DNA of 64,000 bases from Octopus vulgaris (lineage: Eukaryota), in NCBI GenBank assembly GCA_951406725.2, contig OX597815.1, forward strand, positions 47,058,001-47,122,000, written 5' to 3'. Numbering within the stretch: the first letter of the stretch is position 1; each line of letters starts with the position of its first letter. Below are positions 1 through 12,776 of this stretch, piece after piece. The notes under the pieces were generated by a model that did no database searches, was not told the DNA's origin, and saw only the letters and a list, made by a program, of their open reading frames with translations. The position numbers and the translations under genes were made by a program.

Positions 1-882
1 TTGTGTCAAAGCCGTAGTGTCCTCTCCAGTGCGTTGTCCGTTGGGATACATGTCTGGGAAGTATGGTATGGAGGACAAGTTGCTGTCCATGCACTGCATC
101 TCGTCTCCACGTCAGATATGGATCCAAAGAAACTGCGCAGCTGCCACAATATAGCACTAGCGTGGTCGCAGGATTTGCTAGAGCGTGGTTAAAAAATGTC
201 GAAATGCCTCATGGCTGGGTAAGGCCGCAAGAGAGCGCAAATTTTGAATCAAAGATTTCCTCCTATTAAATGACTCCTTATTTTCTGAATTCAAATAAGT
301 TCAGAAGCTCTTTAGCCAGTTTAACTTTTAGGATTCAGTAAAATAGATAACTTGAGATTTATGATTTAATCCTCCTACTACTAAACTGCGATATACACCT
401 AACATCGAAAAAGCGAGAACCTTTGATCTGTCACAGAAATCAGTAGAATTAGCCACCAGAGTTTCCTCAAATATTCATCTTATTTTTTTTAACACACACA
501 CATATATTCGATAATGCACTGTGAAAACCTGTCTCGATAATATAAGGGAAATGTCGAGTTGAGAAAGCTTTTGAAAATCGGTATGTTACTTTAAAGTTGA
601 CCTACGGCTAAATACATTGACAAAAGTAATCATTGAAATAGATTTAATTCCTTATTGTTCCGGGTTTTGAAAAATAGGACCAGTTTGTACTTTTTGGTAG
701 AAATGCATTCTTTGGAATCTAAGTCAGGAAGAAAATGCCTCTGGCTATTGTTGTTGCTGTGTAACAGCAGAATAACTTTGAATATTGAGAGTTGTGGTCA
801 ATGACGTTTCAGTCGTCACCATTCAATCTGGAATTAACATCACAATATCCTTCCGTCTTATAACAATTGTCAATTTAATATA

Positions 883-1096
883 GGTTTCAAATTTTGGCAG
901 AAGGCCAGCAAGTTCGAGGGATGGGGGCAAATCGATTATATCGACCCCAGTATTCAACCTTTACTTATTTTATCGACCCCGAAAGGATGAAAAGCAAAGT
1001 CAGCACTGACCGAATTTGAACTCAGAACGTTAGGACAGACGAAATGTCGCTAAGCATTTTGCCCGGCGTGCAAGCGCCTCTGCTGGCTCGCTGCCT
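883..1096 (-). mobile_element. tRNA-derived SINE family A, tail type C
   Basis: Reverse complement matches the recurring consensus GGCGGTGAGCTGGCAGAA..GTTCTGAGTTCAAATTC..GACTTTGCCTTTCATCCTTTCGGGGTCGATAAA. Tail is TTGCTGGCCTT..AAATTTGAAACC. Confidence 0.85.
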
Positions 1097-1470
1097 CAGT
1101 AGTCGATTTTAATATTGATAATAATAATGATGATTTCTTTATTAGCCATCAGGGCTCGCACAAAAAAAAACAACAACAACAAAAAACGAGGACATTACAA
1201 GGAGAGGGTTACAGAAAGTTAAGGAGTTTTATGCTTAAATTAAAACAAATATGCTAATATTAAAATTTCAGCAGGTAAAATTCCCTCAAAAGAGTAGGGC
1301 GACTTCTAAGATTTGGTTGCTATTTCGATAGGCCGAGGGACCCCTGACTGGCTTCTCGTTTTGTTAGTTCGAACTACAATTATTGTTATGGTTAGATATT
1401 ATCAAATCTAGTACATTACTGGCATTTATTATGCCTATTCTAGATGTAACAATGACCACTCACACCAGTG

Positions 1471-1631
<161 letters not shown>

Positions 1632-1799
1632 ATATGTATATATATCAGTTTCTCGATCTGAAAAAGACAGCTCTGTAGTTTCTTGCCGATCATTCTGCAC
1701 AAACAATTTATTTGCGCCATTCATGAACCCGCTCCCTTCATCAAATCGACATTTCTTATATATATCACACGTAAAATGTCCAAGTGATCGCAGAGCAGC

Positions 1800-1905
1800 C
1801 AGAGATGAAGCATTTTGCTCAAGAACACAATGTACCCGCGGTCCGAGAATCGAACCCACTAGCTCGCGACTGTGAGTGCGACACCTTAAGTACTAGACCA
1901 CTCGC
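1800..1905 (-). mobile_element. Decayed head of tRNA-derived SINE family C
   Basis: Reverse complement contains GTGGGTTCGATTCTC (B-box-like) followed by TTGTGTTCTTGAGCAAAA, as in the copies at 11.5 and 53.6 kb. Confidence 0.6.
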
Positions 1906-2316
1906 TCGCTGAGAAAACAGAAGTAAAGGACTGACAAAACCAAGTATTTGAATGCATTTAGAGGACATCCTAGTGGTTTGATAATATTCAATAATGTTTT
2001 ATTACTTTGGTGCAAAACCAAAAATGTGTAAGTAAGGATATACAACAGGTTTGCTCTTGTATATTTTATCAAAGAGTAGTGACGGGTAAAAATCCACATC
2101 GTCAGATTTTGATCTCAGAAGCTGATGATGATAGCGTTAGGACAAAATGCATTATTTATTCAAAACAATGTGAATAAATAAACATATTTGATACAGTAGC
2201 CTGAATGCTAAAATGTTAAATACTGAAAGGGAATTTAGTCCGGCGCTTTTGCTTTTGACACTCCACAACCCGCCAACCATTAACAATAATAACTTCAGTA
2301 AATAGATTCAAGTCAG

Positions 2317-2540
2317 GGAGCCTTTATATGGTGTCTCGCTGGTGGAAATACCAGCCAGCCAGCCAGCCAGCTCTCTTACAAGTTACATCTTACTCTCTTA
2401 GGAAAAAGAAAGAGATACTCTGGATAACGTAGTGCTGATTGCACTGATATAGGATGGCTATGATTTCAAGGCTACTTTTGATCATGAGTCTATTCCATAA
2501 GGGTCGATTGGAAGTAAACTACATCAACGATAACAACAAC
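2317..2540 (+). mobile_element. SINE-like repeat family D, old, with (CAA)n tail
   Basis: Matches the recurring pattern GAGCCT..GGTCG..GCTAGAAATAGCAGCCAAAT..GGATGGTCA..CTTTGATCA..AAACAACAAC seen many times in the window. Confidence 0.55.
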
Positions 2541-3520
2541 GGCAGCAGTTACTGTAAATTGATACCTTTATATATCAAAGCATAATAAAAATCAGAAAAA
2601 TTGTTATCTCTTAAACAAATCAGAGCAAATTTTGATATGAATAGTGGTTGGAGTGAATGTCAAATAAATACATCAGTCACTTGACAAGTGACAAGTTAAT
2701 TAACAGCTAGGTTTTATCACAGAAGGCGTCAACTTACAGTCATCCTAAGCTGTGTCGCTCGAAAGAAACATCATTCGGAATTCGAAAAATTCGTAGCTCA
2801 CACTATTTCTTCTAATTATATGAAACAAATGACATTCATTGTTTTTCTAATAATTTATTTCAATATACAGAAATTTATGAGATTTTGGCAAGAATCTTTT
2901 CGGATTTTTCTCCACCGTTATAAAAGTTTCAGATTGGAATTCAATTTTCGGGGCAATAAACGTTGTTCAAATTGAGTATAATTTCTAATCAAATGCTATT
3001 TGAATTGAATATTCTATCAACCGAATGCTTCTCCGCTTCTTTCTTTCGTTCGTGACTGGCTATATTTTTCTTTTGCATTCTTTCTTTCCTTCTTATCACA
3101 TATGGATTCGTTTATATACAGAAATTCATTATGTGGTGTTATACTTAATTTATTAGTTTGATTTGATATATGCACGCGCACAGGCACATAGATTATAGGA
3201 TCTGATTATAATTACATATTCATCCCCCGTATATTTCTTTCTCTCTATCTTTTCCTCTCATTCTTTCACTATAGATATACTCACAACACACACATACTCT
3301 CTAATATACAACATATATATATATATGTGCTTTGATTATATAATTTATGAATAATTTGCCAGTACACAAGGTTTCGCCGTCTTTATTTTGTGTCCGTCCA
3401 TTGATATTTCAATTCATTTTTCATTAATGCGTATATCATAATACACTTGCGCGCGCGCACACACACACACATATATACATACATACATACATACAACATA
3501 CATACATATATATGTGTATG

Positions 3521-3590
<70 letters not shown>

Positions 3591-4559
3591 CACATACACA
3601 CACACAGACGGACAGAAGAGAGAGAAGGATGGACAAGTACCATATATAAAGCGAACATAGCAAAACGTAGCCGGTGTTTTATGATTCATATAATGTACCG
3701 GTGTTTCAGAAACCGGTCGTCGTTAATTGCGTAAGTCTGAAGTTCCTAATAGGCAACAATGCAGTCAAGCTCATTTTTCAGCATTATGAGCAAAAATACA
3801 GCACGATGCAAGATATTACGTTTTGATAATCATGTTGATGAAGTGAGCCGGCTGCATTGTGTAGTGTAATAAAGGCCCACAGGTTTACGTAATTAGCAAC
3901 AACCGACATTCTGAAATACGTGCACATTATATAAAATGCCGCTCACTTTTTGTGTATTCCCTTTCTATGTGGTAGACGGACTTCGAACACTAGTCAGTTA
4001 AGAAGGTTGTTGTCAAATTACGCCGACCTATCTACCCTGCCCAGAACTTTTGGTAACGTGCCGCACCTTCCATGGCACATTTTATGCATACGTACATACA
4101 TACATACATACATACATACATACATACATACATACATAGATACATACATACATACATACATATATGAAGAGAGAAAGAGGGAGCCAAAAGAAGACAATCT
4201 CCTGTAGTCCATTTCTTAGAGAGACCATAAGTCAACAATTTTGGGATCTGATGATAAGCCGTAAATCTAAGCGCTTCATGAACCTGAAACCCAGGGTAAT
4301 GCCATAAACCGATTTTATCTAACTTTATACATATATGTACATATATATATATATATACATTTGCACACACACATATATACTTTTGATATATGCGTATATG
4401 TATGAATGTGTTTAAGTATATGTAGAAATATGCATACATATGTATGCGTATTATATATATATATATTTGCATATATAACTTAATATGGGCAATATTGAAT
4501 CTTTCTTGTTCAGCAGGAAATATGTGGGATAAAGAGTCGATGAAGAGGTCACAGCATTC

Positions 4560-4709
4560 TCTTTCTGACTATTTTCTTTTATTTCTTTCTATTGAAGGGC
4601 GTAGGCGCGAAACGTAAAAGACTTTTTAAATTTTTCCCGAGCGTCAAACTAATACACTTGCTTGTTGTTCATACACCCGTCTTTCGTCCTTTGTTTTTAT
4701 ATAAATTTC

Positions 4710-4715
<6 letters not shown>
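4560..4715 (+). mobile_element. Penelope-like element pLTR fragment with a degenerate hammerhead motif (4585-4620)
   Basis: Near-identical to the reverse complement of 5744-5880, which is attached to a GIY-YIG ORF remnant. Ends in (TA)n. Confidence 0.8.
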
Positions 4716-4753
<38 letters not shown>

Positions 4754-5743
4754 TTGTGCGTGCGTGATATGCAAACACTTGCAGAAACATCGGCCTTCGA
4801 GCAGTTTTGAACCAGCTTGTGTAGTGTACTGTGTATATTATTTCGTTTATACTTGTTACGGTGCAAATTCGGACTTTATATAAGAGATTTAAATCCAATG
4901 AAACTTCTAAATGATTAACACTTGTGATAATCAGAATTATAACGTGTTCTACTTACTTTGAAATATCACCTAACATCATTTGTACCTTACATCGATTTAT
5001 TAGTCGATATCATCTGAAGAACCATTGTAGTTTCTTTTCCCTGCTTCGTCTTTCTGAAATACTATTTTTTTGCAAAACAGCTTGTCAGCCTTGTTTGAAT
5101 AGAGTGAGGACGAAAGCTATTCCGCTCGTGACCGTCAAGCACGAGAGTGCTTCAATGACGATCATTATACAATGTATCCGTGTTTATCAAGACGTTCGGT
5201 TGTAATTTGATGGAGATTTGACTGATATCTCTAGCATACGAAGAGGCTACATAGAAAACAAACTAGTCGCAACCAATCTTGTCGAGAAGATGTCAAAATT
5301 TTAAACCATAAATAGGTCAGTAATTGGTGTCATAATAGTAACAAATAAGTAGGTCAGTTGTATTTTTACATATTTTATTACGACCTGGCACAGCACATGC
5401 AGAATACTTTTATATTTTACTATCTCCATAATTTTCCGTCACGTGATCTGCCAAAGTGATCGTGATAACGAGCAAATCTCTCCAAAATCATGCCTATCTT
5501 CTTGAAATAAGCGTAACGACTTTACAGGGTAATGTAATTTATTATGTAATATATTTGAGGAATCGTGCTAGAATGTCTTTATTAATAGATCTACCCCGAG
5601 TAAGTGTAGACCTGTGGATAAATAGTAATAAATGCAACGTCATGTTCGGGCCTGCTAAAAATAACAATAGCGTATTATTCATATCAGTCTCCTTACTATT
5701 TTAAAAATGAAGGTCACATTTGATAATATAATCTTTAATATCA

Positions 5744-6695
5744 TATATAGTTGGAATTTACAGAAAAACAAAAGACGAAGACAGGTGTATAAACAACAAA
5801 CAAGTGTATTAGTTTAACGCTCGGGAAGGTGAGAAAGTCTTTTACGTTTCGAGCCTACGCTCTTCAAGAAAAAGGAACACGACGAAATAAAAAGAGAGAG
5901 AGAATAAAAAAGCTTTTGGAGCTAGCAGCTAATCATGGCGGCTGGATGGACAGAGGTAGTTAGGAGAGCTAGGAAGAAGGGGAGATAATAAAATATTGGT
6001 GATCCCAAAATGAAGTTGCGCGTGTGCCTGTATGTAAGAATGTGGATAGGGGCTGGTGACTGACGTGTGGATGTGTGCGCGCGTGTGTGTGTGTGTGTGC
6101 GTCTGTAATATGTGGGTGAGTGGATGATGGTGTGTGAGGATGTGAGGGTGGGATGTGGGTTTGAGGTTAGGCTGTGTGGGTAGGGTGGGATAGTGGAGTT
6201 GGGATGTGTAGGAGTGGGGTGTAGATGGAGGGGTAATGATGTCGGGAGAAGCTGGATAGGAATGAAGAGAAGTAGGTGTCAGGGCAAGAGAGGAAAGGAT
6301 AGGTGGGTAGGAGTGAAGAGAGGAAGTAGGTGTGAGATAAAGGGAGGAGAGGAGGGGTGGGGAGTTGAGCCCATATGGCTCAAAGGAGCGAAGAGAGAAT
6401 ATTAGTTCCAGTTCACGGTGAAGGCGGGAGACCGGATGGCCCCTGTGCAAAGACAATCCAAATACAGATATGTGTTGTAATGAATGACCGGTAGAGCGGA
6501 AATGGCACGAGACCGGGGTGTCGTTGTCGTGTCTAATGTCTCAGAGGCGTTCCGCGAACCGGTCAGCCAATCGGCGTCCCGTTTGTCCGATGTAGAAGGA
6601 CAGAAAGAGCAGGAGATGCAGTAAATGACGTTGCTAGAAGTGCATGTAAAGGAGTCAGTGATATGAAAGGGACGATGATGGGTTCCTGTGAGACA
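5744..6695 (-). mobile_element. 5'-truncated Penelope-like retroelement: GIY-YIG endonuclease remnant, 3' region and pLTR
   Basis: Minus-strand translation shows GIY-YIG motifs. The 3' end carries a hammerhead-like motif at 5839-5874. Confidence 0.9.
6360..6695 (-). pseudogene. GIY-YIG endonuclease domain of a Penelope-like element, frameshifted with an in-frame stop
   Basis: HITDSFTCTSSNVIYCISCSFCP-frameshift-YIGQTGRRLADRFAERL*DIRHDNDTPVSCHF..RLHRELELIFSLRSFEPYGLN. This contains VIY, YIG, the catalytic R and E, and the terminal P-GLN. Confidence 0.9.
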
Positions 6696-7964
6696 AAAAT
6701 ATACATTCATCAATCTACAAATCGAGATAGCAAATACTAGCTTTCGCTTGGATGATCATTGTATATATCGGCATATTGCGAGCAGTTTGGTTGTTGTTCC
6801 AAACACTCATGAGCCGTTCCATATTAAGTAAAATTCAACAAATATATCCGGGCAGTTGATTTACTGTTTGATTATTTAAGCTAGTTTTCTATTCATGGTT
6901 AACTTATAGTTCCACTGTAGTCATTACAAGCAAAGTTGTCTTAGCAGCACTATAGACCCATGTGAAAATCGATGCACTGTGGTCTATAGTATTTATTCAT
7001 TGACAGAAAACATAGCTCAGAATCGGCACCCTATACCGAGTGGACCCCGGGCAACTGCCAGTGTGCCCATACCTTAAAACGGCACTGATTGAAAACTTTA
7101 ATGTTTTTGAAAAATTGCTGAATTTTTCTTTTTCGTCAAACCCGTGTAGAACATCAAATCTCTTGTTCAACTTACTTTGACCCCTTTTGGTACTATTTTT
7201 TTCACTCGATATTCCTTTCCTCCTCTGTCAACTTGAATAAGGGCTATGCATTATTCTGGATAGACAAGAGTATCATACCAAATAGTAAAGCAGTAGAATT
7301 CGAAGAAATTACTGATGATGTTCTGCATGGGCAAAAAGTCGATGTTTTGTAATTTTGGATGCAAGGATGGAATTGAAAAAAATGAAACTAAAGGAGTGAT
7401 GTCCAAAGATTTGATTCCCACGATGCGAGATGAAGTAAAAGAGTAAGGGTGAAAACTTGAGACCAAAATCAATTGAATTGTTTCTTGTAAAGTAAATAAA
7501 TAAATGGTAAATCGGAAACGGGAACGGGAAGTTGTTAGCAAGGATGCTGAAAGCAATAGAAAATAAAGAGTCTGTAATAGAAAACGCAAATAATTCAAAG
7601 ATTTAAAAATATACAAAGAATGGTGACAGAAAAATAACCTGAGGAGAGACAGGATATATTAACGTCACACCAAATATTGATTATTTCAAAGAAAAAATTA
7701 TCATTTCTTTTTTTTTTTTTTTGAATAAAACTGGTTTATAATTTTTAAAGTTTACCCGAAACTCATTATGAGTGACTTATAGACCGATTCCCTAAATCGG
7801 TGTCTATAATTCACAATTTGCAAAATTCTTTGATCAGAGTTAGTGTGACGCGAAGAAAACCTGCATGTAGATACGGAGAAGAAAGAGAGTGAGAGGTAAT
7901 TTAATCGAATGATAAACAGATAGAGTGACAGGAATAAGTTGTGAAAGGATACAATAGACAAACT

Positions 7965-7978
7965 AAATATATATATAC

Positions 7979-8020
<42 letters not shown>

Positions 8021-8067
8021 TGAGTGTGCGAGAGAGAGTGAGAGTGCGAGAGAGTGTGAGTGAGAGA

Positions 8068-8120
<53 letters not shown>
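7965..8120. repeat. Compound (TA)(GA)(GT)n microsatellite
   Basis: Direct reading of the sequence. Confidence 0.95.
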
Positions 8121-8509
8121 TTAGAGGCAATGGGAATGATTTCATTTGATTAGATGACAAAAAACATTGGAGAGAGTTCGGCGACCCTGTGCGCTCTATT
8201 CGACATTGATCGTGTATTCTATCATTTTCAGGCGACAGTCTTCTTTAAACAAAAAAGAAAGATAGCCATAATATACAAGAATTATAAAACAAATATTGAA
8301 AAATAAACAGTCGAAGATAATATAGAGCAAAATATCAAAATCTTCAAACAACCAAATTAGCCTCTTTGGTTGGTGTGTGTGTGTGTGTGCGTGTGCGTGC
8401 ATGTGTGTGGGTAAATCACTGTGTAGACACAGTGATTGACACCTTCCCCCACGCGCGCACACACACACTGTCGTAGATTATTTTGTGTGTAAAACAAATA
8501 TAAGAAACC

Positions 8510-8695
8510 ATTGGCAGAATATCAGCGGCATTTCTTCCGGTCTTTTTACGTTCTCTGTTCGAGTCCCACCGTGGTCACCTTTGCCTTTTATTCCAGCGGG
8601 GTTGATAAAACAAAGGACCAGTCAAGCACTGAAATAGGTGTAATCGCCTGACCCTTCCCCTCAAAATTGCCGCCCTTGGGTCTGAACCAGAAAAT
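8510..8695 (+). mobile_element. SINE family A, decayed
   Basis: TTGGCAGAA..ACGTTCT..GTTCGAGTCCCACCG..TTTGCCTTTTATTCC..GGGGTTGATAAAA. Confidence 0.7.
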
Positions 8696-9279
8696 GTTAC
8701 TCTCAAGTAAATATCTGAAATGTTTTTGTTCATGATGAGTAGTCCCAGGTCAATCCAGATGAAATATATTCTACCTGCAATCAACTTGTCTATTTAGACA
8801 CGGTAATGATTAATATCTTATATACGTCTCTTTTCTTAAGCATGTGATGTGTAATTTGAGAAATCTCAAAATTCTGTAATTAACATTCACCAACACAGCC
8901 TTTAACAAACACCGTCCACAAAATTGGCTAATATCCCAATGAACTCTTTTACCGAGATGGTCATTACTGCATTTATATTCTTTATTGTGCTAGCTTACTG
9001 TACTTTCTTACTTTCGTCCAATTTTCCACAGATTTTATATTTACTCTTTGACTGAGTTTTATTAATCTTTGTTTTTATCAAGTTCGTTGGCTATAATTAG
9101 CGATCCAGTTTCTTCGCGTCAGAAATGCATGTCAGCCACAACCAGCGTTCTTTACTTCCAGCATCCTCGGGATGTTAAATGAATTGACCTTATACCTTCC
9201 TCTAACTATTTGTCTGGTCATTCTTTCTGTTCTTCAATTCTATTACTGTTTGACAGTCGAGTCTCGGTTTTACATTATG

Positions 9280-10800
9280 AAAGCTGCTAATCAATTTGGA
9301 TCAGTCAAATGCATTTGGTAAGATCAACCATCCGTACTTTCATCCAGTTTCAAGTTGCTCTCATGTGCTAGGTCGCTCATCATTCGGCATCTGATCGGTG
9401 GTGGTAGTAAATATCTGCCTATTAGAACCATATATTATCGAACGCTTGGTCTGCTAAGTAGTATGTTTACCTCTCATCGTATCTGTTTTGGCCCTTGAGC
9501 TTCTGTTGCTGAAACTGGAGGCGTTGAAGGATGCTCAATTCAATCCGAGATGGAGGAGACCGTTTTGGTATACAGGGACATCATCTATTGTACGTACTTG
9601 TCTTATTAAATTGTATATCTAGAATTGTCACCATAGTAATAAAGGCCCAACTAATTATTCACTGTATTCTGATTTAGGTTAATTTAAATTTATTTAGGAT
9701 GCAGGTTCGTTCTTCTTTCCCTGTTCCGGCACTTTTTAGAGTGAGGGCTCAGTATGTTGTCATTGATTATGCGTATTGAACCTTTGGAGACTACAGAGAT
9801 TCTAAAACAATGAGCAGGTGTGTTGGTTATTCATGAAATACTTGCACTCACAGTCCCACAGATTTTCTCTTTGGAGGAAAGGTAGTCCTGGATCAAACCT
9901 AAACGAAATTTATGTGTCTGATATCTAGAATGTTCTCAGGTGTTCACAGTTACCTCCGAGGCGGTGGAATGCCGACATTAGCATTCTACAAAGGGCAAGT
10001 GATGATTTAGAGTAACGACGTACTTGAGGAAACGCTAGATGACAACGAAGAACAGCCAAGTAATTTATTCCTAAGTACCTTCTACCCTGCGATCATGAGC
10101 AGCTTTCTGAAATCCCCAGTCCGGTACTGATACTCAGAAGAATAGAAATTACGGCTTCTGCAGTAGCTCTCCTACCATCAGTAAAGCCTGTCTAAAATGC
10201 ACGCTGAACGGTGAGACTTCTCTACGCACCACCTCAGCGTCTGACGCTTACACTGATGTCAAACAAGTTATTTAGTGTGTAACGATTTGGCTGAAAGCTG
10301 AGTTAATTGTTGAGACCACCCAATGCTCATTTTTGGTAAGGAGGGACTTGTAGATTGATTTCGTTTGGTCGCTATGGTAAATATGATAGATGAGATCCTT
10401 TAGTAGACGCGTTCAGAAAAATTAACGACAAAGCTTTAATTAACCGATTAAGTTCAACTTTAAATGAAAATTGCGACTGGAGAGAGTGTCCCTGCCTTCC
10501 AATAAATTTCATTAAAAGATATTTTCAAATTTAGAAAATGGTACATGTGAGAATGCTAACTTTTGAATTCTACATGAAGATTGCAGTTAGATAGTTACTG
10601 CTCCTTTCCGTAATGTGGTCGGGGATTGGGCGTCGTCCGTTCTTCCATAGATGGCAGTTCCTACTCTTTACTCTGTGCCTTCGATCGATTTAAAGTGTGT
10701 CATATTACATCTTTACCCCTTCTCCACCTCCGTATTATTGTTTATGTTCATCACAGCATTTTGCATAAAATGAATGTATGAGACCCCTGTAATCAATACA
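9280..10800 (+). mobile_element. Highly decayed L1/Tx1-clade LINE relic (RT, C-terminus, 3' UTR)
   Basis: Peptide islands are colinear with the 40-45 kb LINE: LLINLDQSNAFGKINHPY (9284), LALELLLLKLEAL (about 9490), FGKEGLVD*FRLVAMV (about 10330), KLRLERVSLPSNKFIKR (about 10470). A tail-like CCCCTGTAATCAATA lies at about 10785. Confidence 0.7.
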
Positions 10801-10825
10801 GAATCCTCCTCCTTCTCATTATTAT

Positions 10826-10853
10826 ATGATTATTATTATCATTATCATTACTA

Positions 10854-10886
<33 letters not shown>

Positions 10887-10892
10887 TTGCTG

Positions 10893-10948
<56 letters not shown>

Positions 10949-11010
10949 GCTGCTGCTGCTACTGCTGCTGCTGCTGCCGCCGCTGCTGCCGTTGTTGTTT
11001 TTATGTTGTT
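10826..11010. repeat. Compound trinucleotide array (ATT)(ACT)(GCT)(ACT)(GCT)(GTT)
   Basis: Direct reading. The blocks stay in register and mostly differ by one base. Confidence 0.97.
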
Positions 11011-11474
11011 GCTATGGTTATTTGTAATGTTTGTTTGGTGGTGAAAGTTTGTTTTGAATAAATTTTTGCGACACAGACACGGCAGCGTCATTTGGATAAC
11101 CAACACAACAATACTCTCATCTTCCCTCTCTCTCTCACTCACTCTCTCTCTCTCTCTCTTACTTGTCTCTCCCTCACTAACACACATACTATTACAAGCG
11201 AATTTAGAAATCTGTCTCAGCGGTACATTAACCCCGTTGACTTATGAACGTAGACTCCTATACGTACAGTCATACAAACATACACATACATGGACACATA
11301 ACTCCCGCACATACATACAACTGCGGTTATGCACATAGGTGCACGCGCAGGCGCAACCATGCATACATACTTATTGCGCTCATAAAAATACATAGGAACA
11401 ACACACACACACACAAAACAAACAAACTCATATAAGCATACACGTATTACATACTCATCTTACCTTAGCATATA

Positions 11475-11737
11475 AAAATAAAAAAATAAATGCGCCCTTT
11501 TGAAGCCTAACCAGGCTCATAGGCCCGGTTTCCCAGTTTCAATGGCGTATATGTTCTCCAGCTGGACGGGACGTCAGTCCATCGCAGCGTTGTTCATTTT
11601 TGCCAGCTGAATGGACTGGAGCAACGTGAAATGAAGTGTTTTGCTCAAGCGCACAACGCGTCGACCGGTCCAGGAATCGAAACCACAATCTTACGATCAT
11701 GATGTTGACACCCTAACCACTAAGCCACGCGCCTCCA
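11475..11737 (-). mobile_element. tRNA-derived SINE family C, full length
   Basis: Head GGAGGCGCGTGGCTTAGTGG (A box)..GGTTTCGATTCC (B box). TSD TACCTTAGCA(T/C)ATA at 11461-11474 and 11738-11751. Confidence 0.9.
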
Positions 11738-12548
11738 TACCTTAGCACATACATCCCCTTAAACACTTACATACACACAATCACGGATGGAAATAGAAAT
11801 ACCTTCACTCAAGCGCACTTACAACGCACATACATGCATAAACACTCACTCAGACTTTCAAAATTTTTTTACACTAATCGAAAAAATTGACAAAATTGTT
11901 CATTACACTGTTGTTTGTCTCTGGTCAGTAAGTGTTATTTCCTCCTTGCTTCTATAGAGAAATCAAAGGAAATTACTATTAGTCCCTTCAAACTTTGCTT
12001 TTGTGACATGGGCATCAATGCTTTGAAACTGACCTATTTTTCATTACATTTCAGACATTCAGTGCTGAGTTGCTGAGGCAGAAATATCGTTATAGTAAAT
12101 ATTCTGCTCAATACTACAAATTTGCTTGTTCGTTGTTTGACCGTAACCTCCTGAGCATGTCTCTTAATGGCTGACAATATGTGCATCTCTGATCATGAAC
12201 AGGAGTAGTGAAGGAACATCATAGCCATATGTCGAGAAGGATTCTTAAGTGTTTGAATAAATGTAACAAAAATAAAATTTGAAGGCAATATTAGCCATTT
12301 TTTAAAGTTTCTAGGGATAAGCAAATAGGAAATAACAGTTGCTGCTCAAAGTAAAAAATTGTGCTACACAGTGTTATTAGACAATATTGTCACTCCTACG
12401 AGAGGCTCACTCATTCAATGATATTATATACACACGCTTTGTGAAATCAGAAAGCTTTTTACAATCCGAAAAAGAAAACGTTTAATGATCCTTATATGTC
12501 AGCTACAAAACCCCATCATCAGAAGTAAACAGTCGAGAAATGTTTTCT

Positions 12549-12776
12549 TATTTCTTTATTGCCCACAAGAGGCTAAACATAGATGGGACAAACAAGGACA
12601 GACAAACGGATTAAGTCGATGACATCGACCGTAGTGCGTAACTGGTACTAAGTTATCGACCCCGAAAGGATGAAAGGCAAAGTCGACCTGGGCGGAATTT
12701 GATCTCAGAACGTAGCGACAGACAAAATACTGCTAAGCATTTCGCCCGGCGTGCTAACGTTTCTGCCAGCTCGCCA
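12549..12776 (-). mobile_element. SINE family A with Tx1-type tail
   Basis: Consensus match. 13-bp TSD AGAAATGTTTTCT at 12536-12548 and 12777-12789. Confidence 0.92.

Noticed and set aside
1-269. Short ORFs with an MVW motif reminiscent of Tc1 transposase
   Set aside because: Too short, no DDE context, and cut by the window edge.
3695-3725. Hammerhead 3' half (GAAACCGGTC)
   Set aside because: No CUGANGA core or stem II upstream.
11850-12300. Probable interspersed repeat or DNA transposon interior
   Set aside because: It looks repeat-like, but no termini, TSD or second copy in the window support a call.
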